A stretch of 64,000 nt of DNA, from NCBI GenBank assembly GCA_964219255.1, contig CAXPPC010000001.1, positions 154,539-218,538 on the forward strand, given 5' to 3'. Both the position numbers and the translations under genes were made by a program. The notes beneath the pieces are model-generated. The model was not told where the DNA came from, did not search any database, and worked only from the letters and a program-made list of their open reading frames with translations. Within the stretch, counting starts at the first letter, position 1; every line of letters begins with the position of its first letter. This DNA comes from Henriciella pelagia. GTDB lineage: Bacteria; Bacteroidota; Bacteroidia; Flavobacteriales_D; Crocinitomicaceae. Of this stretch, positions 58,154 to 64,000 are shown piece after piece.

Positions 58154-58500
58154 AATACTTTGCATTTTTCGTTGGATTAGTACTCATTGGCTGTACAGAA
58201 GAAAAAGTCACGGACGAATCAATTGAAAAGAAAGAAACAAGTGTAGTAACATCATCTGGATTTTCTCATCGAGTTGAGTTCAAAGAAAACCTTGGTTGGG
58301 GTTATCAAATTTTCGATGGTAGTAAGTTGATTTTAAATCAAGATCACATTCCTGCTATTCAAGGAAATATTGGCTTCCCTTCAAAAGAAGCTGCAGATAA
58401 AACAGCGAAGTACATTATCCAGAAATTAGAAAATGATATTTTCCCGCCAACACTAACAGTTAACGAACTTGACAGTTTAGACGTACTTCCAGTTAACTAA
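58150..58500 (+). CDS. Small lipoprotein (116 aa), possibly DUF4907-like.
   Basis: Lipobox FFVGLVLIGCTEE. The core (NLGWGYQIFDGSKLILNQDHIPAIQG...FPSKEAADKTAKYIIQKL) resembles what I recall of DUF4907, so this assignment is tentative. ATGA overlap with Kelch paralog 4. Confidence 0.6.
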   Translation: MKYFAFFVGLVLIGCTEEKVTDESIEKKETSVVTSSGFSHRVEFKENLGWGYQIFDGSKLILNQDHIPAIQGNIGFPSKEAADKTAKYIIQKLENDIFPPTLTVNELDSLDVLPVN

Positions 58501-60944
58501 ACTTTGCTTTTTCTGCGAAAATAAATGGCATCGATATATACAAGCAGTTTGGCAGAAATCGTATTGACTTGCGATCGACTAAAAATAGTCTCAAACGTAT
58601 CGAAATAAGACGGTAAGAGTATACTCTGAGAATCGAAAATATTGTTCTTGTACACTATTCTAAATTCACTACCTGGAATAAACACCCAGCGATAATTAAT
58701 ATCAACCGTAAAGGCATTATAACTTGTATTATGTTGCGAAAAACCGTCAGAATTTAGTGGATTATAATTGCTTTCGATTTGATCACCGTTATACAGAAGT
58801 TCCTTAAAATAATTATAGCTGACTTGCTGCCAATAATGACGGAAGAGCACATTAATCCCCATACGCTTTGTGAAGATAAACTCTAAATCGAGTGAATTTT
58901 CTACAATTTTTCGATCTCTATAACCTAGAATCAAATCATCTGCATACTTTTCGTCTAGCTTTCGAACATAGCCATAATCATGAACAATATAATTTAGCCC
59001 TGTACTCCAAACACCAAAAATTCGATCTGAAAATCGAACACGCGGACTCACTGTTAGATTAATCCCTTTTTGCGAAGAATTAATGAACTGCTTTATACTC
59101 GTCCTCACATCTAGTGCAAACTTCTTACTATAGTCACTCGAAATAAATCCACCAACAGTAATATTCTCTCCAAACTTAACTGGTCGGCCAAATTGCCGTG
59201 ATTCAAAATGATCCACCTCTCCAACAGGATTAATGTTAGAGTTAGCTCCAAGAGTCAAAAAGTTTCTCAAAGTCCCTGCAAAGGACCCTGAAATATTGAA
59301 ATATGAAAATAAATTAGGTCGATACAGCTCTTCATAATAAATGCCAGCATCAATCCACTTTCGAAGAAACTTCTTACCCGGATTGAAATCGATATAACTT
59401 AAATCAGCATTATATGCTCGCCAATTATTATTGTAAAGAAAGCCCAGGTCGTTAGGATCATAAGTGTCACTTAATTCCTCATAACGCAATCCAAATCGCC
59501 ATGAACCAGAAACCTTTCTCACCTGAGAAACAAGATGGTGACCGTAAGTCTCTTCTCCATTTTCAAAAATACTCGACAATTTGAACTGATTAAAGAGTTG
59601 ATACATGCGATCTTTAGAATATAACTCTGCTTGTCCTACCGTTACATTTGCATCACGATCATTGCCTTCTCTTGTAACATTCGTATTAACGAAAGAGATT
59701 GTCGAATTGTTTTTTAAATTTTGGGATAACACAAAAACGTTGTAATTCGACAGATTATGAACACGAACCTCACGTTGATTACCTAAGCTATCTTCAATAA
59801 TTGCATTCGCTCTTCCTTCAATTGCATTAAAGAAACCAATTCCAAGTCCAGATTTAGTGCGACCAGAAACTTTCGTTGCATTTATGAGGGGTGCAGTTCC
59901 GGGACTTAACACTACCTCCTCACCTATGCTATCGTTTAAATTCTGAAATGCATTTCTTCCTTTGAATGGTGGCGCTCCAATTCTACGAGAGTAAAAAACA
60001 TCACCTATGCTGAACAAATCAGTACCTTCAAGAAAGAATGGTCGATTTTCATCATATCTCACTTCGAAAGGTCCCAAATTGAGAATTCTTTTGTCCGAAA
60101 CAGTTTGACCGAAATCTGGAATTAAGGTCATATCCAACGTAAATGCATCATTCAGACCATACTTTAAATCCATTCCACCATTAATACGCTCGCGCCATAA
60201 ACTCTCTCCCGACACTTCATCTTTAAAGTTCTCGAGATACCCCGTAATGTACGGTGTGAGCGATAATCGAATTGGCGCTTCAATTCCAGTCAACCCAGTT
60301 AATCTTCCGGCTTGTGTAATATTTCCATAAATGGATGGGTCAATAGGACTCCAGTAAGACTCCTCCCTATTTCTTCTAACAGACCGAATGAAATTAACAT
60401 TCCACTCTTGTACCGACTTGTTAGGAAAACGAATTGCCGAAAAAGGAATTCTCATTTCCATTGTCCATCCGAAATCAGTTTTTTGAGTGGCGCTCTTCCA
60501 AACAGCATTCCATGAAACATCTTCACCATCTATATAAAGAATGGCATCCCATTCGACACCTGCAGCCGTAACCCCAAACCCGAAGGCATTGACATTATTA
60601 CCAAAAGGGTCAATCGTAACTTCAAAGAAATCACCATTTCCAAAATCATCACGTTGTGACAAGGTGTAACTCACTGAATCAGGAGATCGGTCGTAAAATT
60701 GTCCAGCTAAATACAGTGCATCATCATCATAAGCCACTCTGATTTTCGAATTAAAACTGGACTTTTCACCGGGATTTGGATACCGAATTGTGAAATCCTC
60801 TGCAACCTCAAGCGAATTCCAAAAATCCTCTTTCAGTTCTCCGTCGATTGTAACATCAGCTTTAATTCTCCCTACAGAATATGTTCGCTGAGACAACGCA
60901 TTCAACGAAAAACAAAGAAATATTATTAGAGGAAATCTTAGCAT
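58497..60944 (-). CDS. CBM9-like / DUF5916 outer-membrane-associated protein.
   Basis: The Met at 60944 gives MLRFPLIIFLCFSLNALSQ. The N-terminal part (IDGELKEDFWNSLEVAEDFT...IRVAYDDDALYLAG) is typical of carbohydrate-binding family 9-like domains. The long beta-rich C-terminal part is as in DUF5916 proteins. Confidence 0.7.
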   Translation of the reverse strand: MLRFPLIIFLCFSLNALSQRTYSVGRIKADVTIDGELKEDFWNSLEVAEDFTIRYPNPGEKSSFNSKIRVAYDDDALYLAGQFYDRSPDSVSYTLSQRDDFGNGDFFEVTIDPFGNNVNAFGFGVTAAGVEWDAILYIDGEDVSWNAVWKSATQKTDFGWTMEMRIPFSAIRFPNKSVQEWNVNFIRSVRRNREESYWSPIDPSIYGNITQAGRLTGLTGIEAPIRLSLTPYITGYLENFKDEVSGESLWRERINGGMDLKYGLNDAFTLDMTLIPDFGQTVSDKRILNLGPFEVRYDENRPFFLEGTDLFSIGDVFYSRRIGAPPFKGRNAFQNLNDSIGEEVVLSPGTAPLINATKVSGRTKSGLGIGFFNAIEGRANAIIEDSLGNQREVRVHNLSNYNVFVLSQNLKNNSTISFVNTNVTREGNDRDANVTVGQAELYSKDRMYQLFNQFKLSSIFENGEETYGHHLVSQVRKVSGSWRFGLRYEELSDTYDPNDLGFLYNNNWRAYNADLSYIDFNPGKKFLRKWIDAGIYYEELYRPNLFSYFNISGSFAGTLRNFLTLGANSNINPVGEVDHFESRQFGRPVKFGENITVGGFISSDYSKKFALDVRTSIKQFINSSQKGINLTVSPRVRFSDRIFGVWSTGLNYIVHDYGYVRKLDEKYADDLILGYRDRKIVENSLDLEFIFTKRMGINVLFRHYWQQVSYNYFKELLYNGDQIESNYNPLNSDGFSQHNTSYNAFTVDINYRWVFIPGSEFRIVYKNNIFDSQSILLPSYFDTFETIFSRSQVNTISAKLLVYIDAIYFRRKSKV

Positions 60945-61020
60945 AATGAGTTTGATGTCGGCAAAAGTAGAAAACTTGTAATGTTGATCAAAACCGCTCA
61001 ACCTTTATTTTAACCAAGTA

Positions 61021-62976
61021 TTAGAATTCTAATTTAACAGCACCATTTCTCGCATTTCTAAATCTGAAGTTATCCATATGAAATGCCATATCTATGACTT
61101 TTTCGTCTGGCACAGGGGGAAATTCATACCCCTTACGTATGAAATAATCTCGATCAGAAAGATTGTGTCGAATAAGATAACCATCACTAATTTGATTGAT
61201 TATGAACTTTTCATCTTCACCAAAACTCACTTCTGTCTCACCATACTTCAAGGCATGCAGCTTCAGACTTCCTCCATGTAATTTTCGATATGCCTCAGCT
61301 AAGTATTCAACACGATTTACACGATCGTAGGCTGCATTGTGAACACAAACAATTTCTCCGCCATTGTTGAACATCATTACCAAATGAGGAGAGTTAAGTA
61401 GAAGCACTTCTTTTGTCGAGAGAAGTTGATAGCGGTCAAACTGAATCCAACCAATCAAGAGTACTCCAGATATTACAGCTCCTATTTTTACCCATTTTTG
61501 ATTAAAAACAACCACTGCTATTAATAACACATATGCTAACCCAACTTGAATTACTGATGTTCCAAATCCTTCTGCAACAGCTCCAGGTAATCCATCAATG
61601 TACGAAACAAAAAGCAGCATTATGGCAGTCGAAAAGGCGAGTAAAATAGCAAGCCCCTTTGCCAAAATTGAAAGCCACTTTATTGCGAATAAAATTAAAG
61701 TAAGTGTCAAAAGTAATCCCGCAAAAATCATCATCCCAACATTTGTTAGCATGAAGTAATTTGGAAACTGATGAAAATAATAAAGTGTTAGTGGTATGGT
61801 GAATACTTGAGCAGAAATCCCAACTACGGTTACGCTCCATATTTTATTGAGCAACCAATTTTTCACATAAAAGAATTGATGAATTCGATCATACAGTGTT
61901 ACAATTCCAATCATCGCTAAAAACGATAATTGAAACCCGATATCGAACAGCCAAAGTGGCTGAACCAATAACATCACAAATCCAGCAAAAAACAGAGAAT
62001 TCAACGAAATATTTTGTCGACCTAACAACCTACCCAAGACCAATAGCGAGAACATGAATCCAGCGCGAACAACAGAGGGAGGGAAATCAATTACTCCCGC
62101 GTAAATCCAAATTATTCCAACAGAAATAATCAAAGCGGCATTTCTCGAGAAAATGCGTGGAAATCGACCAAAAATGAAGATTAATATTTCAAGAATAATT
62201 CCAACATGTAAACCAGATACTGCTAAAACATGCATTGCTCCAGCTGAACTAAACTGAGCTTTTGTTTCTGGGGTCAACAGAGATTTATCTCCCAAAACGA
62301 GTGCCTTAACAACCGCTAATTGATCATCCTTTAAGTACTTTTCAAGAGTTCCGTGGAGAAAATCATTTATCGATCGTCGATATTTCGCTAATATGGACTC
62401 CTCTACCGATTTAATAAACATCATTTGATGTGGTGATAAAAAACCGAGACTATAAACATTCTTTGATGCCCAGTATGCTTTTGAATCAAATTCTCCCGGA
62501 TTTTTTTTGTTCTCAATTGGCATAAATCGCGTTCGAACTAGGAGTAAATCGTTTTCTCGAGCAATTTCACCATGCGTATAAATAACCACTTTTTCTGAAT
62601 GTTGAACCAGCTCCTCATTTCCAACAAAAGAAACGGTTTCACAAAGAAGCTTAGTGGTCAAAACATCTCGTTGATCAACTTCTAAGACTTTAATAATAGC
62701 TGTCAACTCCTTATCTGGAGCCAATTCCGCAACACTAATTGACTGTTTATTGGAAAATGAACTACTCAATTGTCCAAGTAGCATTAAAGCAACGACAAAA
62801 CTCAAATTAACTAACCATCTAGTAGAATTTGACCTTTTAATCATTATAAAAAGTGAGATGAAAAGTAGCATTAATATAGCCGACAAAAGCATCATTATTG
62901 CAGGTGATTCCCCCAATAAAATTCCAAGACAAAACGCTGGAGTTAGATAAATATACGGTCGACTAAAAAAATTCAT
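61021..62976 (-). CDS. comEC: ComEC/Rec2-family DNA internalisation channel protein.
   Basis: Multiple TM segments and the competence-domain motif ALVLGDKSLL...FSSAGAMHVLAVSGLHVGII. No HxHxDH MBL motif in the C-terminal ~140 aa. Confidence 0.85.
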   Translation of the reverse strand: MNFFSRPYIYLTPAFCLGILLGESPAIMMLLSAILMLLFISLFIMIKRSNSTRWLVNLSFVVALMLLGQLSSSFSNKQSISVAELAPDKELTAIIKVLEVDQRDVLTTKLLCETVSFVGNEELVQHSEKVVIYTHGEIARENDLLLVRTRFMPIENKKNPGEFDSKAYWASKNVYSLGFLSPHQMMFIKSVEESILAKYRRSINDFLHGTLEKYLKDDQLAVVKALVLGDKSLLTPETKAQFSSAGAMHVLAVSGLHVGIILEILIFIFGRFPRIFSRNAALIISVGIIWIYAGVIDFPPSVVRAGFMFSLLVLGRLLGRQNISLNSLFFAGFVMLLVQPLWLFDIGFQLSFLAMIGIVTLYDRIHQFFYVKNWLLNKIWSVTVVGISAQVFTIPLTLYYFHQFPNYFMLTNVGMMIFAGLLLTLTLILFAIKWLSILAKGLAILLAFSTAIMLLFVSYIDGLPGAVAEGFGTSVIQVGLAYVLLIAVVVFNQKWVKIGAVISGVLLIGWIQFDRYQLLSTKEVLLLNSPHLVMMFNNGGEIVCVHNAAYDRVNRVEYLAEAYRKLHGGSLKLHALKYGETEVSFGEDEKFIINQISDGYLIRHNLSDRDYFIRKGYEFPPVPDEKVIDMAFHMDNFRFRNARNGAVKLEF

Positions 62977-63019
62977 GTAGTTAGCAGGTTCTAAGCCTTT
63001 CGAAATGATTTGCTTTCAT

Positions 63020-63027
63020 TATCTTTG
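63020..63027 (+). promoter_or_regulatory. Candidate -7 promoter box (TATCTTTG) for thrS.
   Basis: Exact TAnnTTTG match 25 nt upstream of the thrS ATG. The -33 element is not convincing. Confidence 0.35.
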
Positions 63028-63051
63028 CTGATTCAAATTTAACAAATTAAA

Positions 63052-64000
63052 ATGATTCAAATAACGCTACCAGATGGTTCTGTGCGTGAAGTCGAACAAG
63101 GAACAACTGCGATGGATGTCGCGAAAAGTATTTCTGAGGGACTAGCCAGAAACGTTCTTGCCGCCAAAGTGAATGGTGAGGTAATTGATGCAAATCGTCC
63201 AATTGATGAAAATGCAACTCTCCAGTTATTGACCTGGAACGACAAGGATGGTAAGTCGACCATGTGGCACTCATCTGCTCACTTAATGGCTGAAGCGTTA
63301 GAATTTTTCTACCCTGGAATTAAATTAGCGATTGGTCCTCCGATCAAAAATGGATTCTATTATGATGTCGATTTCATGGATTATACAATCACTGAAAAAG
63401 ACTTAGAAAAGGTAGAACAAAAGATGAAAGAGCTTGCGAAGCAAAAGAACGAATACATCCGTCAGGAGATTTCAAAAGCTGATGCAATTGCTTATTTCGA
63501 AGAGAAAAACGATCCATACAAAATTGAATTGCTTCAAGATTTGAATGATGGAGATATCACATTCTATACACAAGGAGAATTCACTGATTTATGTCGCGGA
63601 CCACATATTCCGCACACAGGATATATTAAGGCTGTTAAATTGATGTCAATTGCTGGTGCATATTGGCGTGGTGACGAAAAGAATAAGCAGTTAACTCGAA
63701 TTTATGGGATTACTTTCCCCAAGAGCAGTGAACTAACTGAATACCTTGAAAATCTTGAGCTAGCGAAGGCTAGAGATCACAGAAAATTAGGTAAAGAATT
63801 AGAATTATTCACTTTTTCTCAGCGTGTTGGACAAGGTTTACCGTTGTGGCTACCAAAAGGAGCTGCCTTGCGTGAACGTCTTGAAAACTTCTTGAAAAAA
63901 GCTCAAAGAGAATCTGGATACGACCAAGTAATTACTCCACATATTGGAAGTAAAGAACTTTATGTATGTTCTGGTCACTACGCGAAATATGGAGAGGATT
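63052..64000 (+). CDS. thrS: Threonine--tRNA ligase, N-terminal 316 codons; continues beyond the window end.
   Basis: Not in the track because it is open at the window edge. ATG at 63052 reads MIQITLPDGSVREVEQGTTAMDVAKSISEGLARNVLAAKVNGEVIDANRPI (TGS domain), then HSSAHLMAEAL, GPPIKNGFYYD, DLCRGPH and AYWRGDEKN. Confidence 0.93.
   Translation, partial: MIQITLPDGSVREVEQGTTAMDVAKSISEGLARNVLAAKVNGEVIDANRPIDENATLQLLTWNDKDGKSTMWHSSAHLMAEALEFFYPGIKLAIGPPIKNGFYYDVDFMDYTITEKDLEKVEQKMKELAKQKNEYIRQEISKADAIAYFEEKNDPYKIELLQDLNDGDITFYTQGEFTDLCRGPHIPHTGYIKAVKLMSIAGAYWRGDEKNKQLTRIYGITFPKSSELTEYLENLELAKARDHRKLGKELELFTFSQRVGQGLPLWLPKGAALRERLENFLKKAQRESGYDQVITPHIGSKELYVCSGHYAKYGED

Noticed and set aside
17924-61001. 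N-terminal extensions of several track ORFs (17924, 22380, 35555, 35824, 38790, 43616, 51649, 61001, 7257).
   Set aside because: In each case an internal Met begins a clean signal peptide or lipobox and yields a 0-4 nt junction with the upstream gene. The extension overlaps a neighbour or a terminator hairpin.
1-64000. A search by eye for defence islands, prophage or transposon remnants, integrases, toxin-antitoxin pairs, restriction-modification genes, and tRNA or rRNA genes.
   Set aside because: No ORF shows recombinase, nuclease-helicase, methyltransferase or phage structural hallmarks. The intergenic regions (all about 240 nt or shorter) show no tRNA-like cloverleaf sequences. The window therefore appears to be core chromosome.

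Overview
The window is an AT-rich chromosomal segment that looks like Bacteroidota, probably Flavobacteriia. Supporting signs are many C-terminal T9SS sorting domains, TAnnTTTG-type -7 boxes, no obvious Shine-Dalgarno sequences, and typical flavobacterial families (DUF4159, DUF5916, DUF4924, DUF2520). I support about 57 protein-coding genes. Two run off the window edges and are absent from the ORF track. One is a giant repeat adhesin on the minus strand (1-6460). The other is thrS (63052 onward). The backbone is housekeeping: hemF, guaA, secA, kdsC, thiolase, tag, lgt, trhO, ndk, pepT, holA, rsmE, comEC and thrS. I found no rRNA, tRNA, CRISPR array, integrase, transposase or recognisable phage-defence gene. 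The non-core content is dominated by at least eight predicted cell-surface or T9SS-secreted proteins. The parts most worth a second look are:
- A translationally coupled array of four paralogous Kelch-type propeller T9SS cargo genes plus a small lipoprotein (53376-58500).
- A tightly coupled lipoprotein, beta-barrel and T9SS-cargo module (19658-23935).
- The giant adhesin, with at least 16 near-identical 71-72 aa repeats, preceded by two small secreted proteins (1-7257).
- An 892-aa T9SS protein built from ~400-nt tandem modules joined by polyproline linkers (15322-18000).
- An orphan SiaC-like DUF1987 gene close to a minimal Hanks-type kinase (35861-38127).
I do not see a clear-cut new system. 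These are candidates that rest on gene order and motif reading by eye, not on searches.
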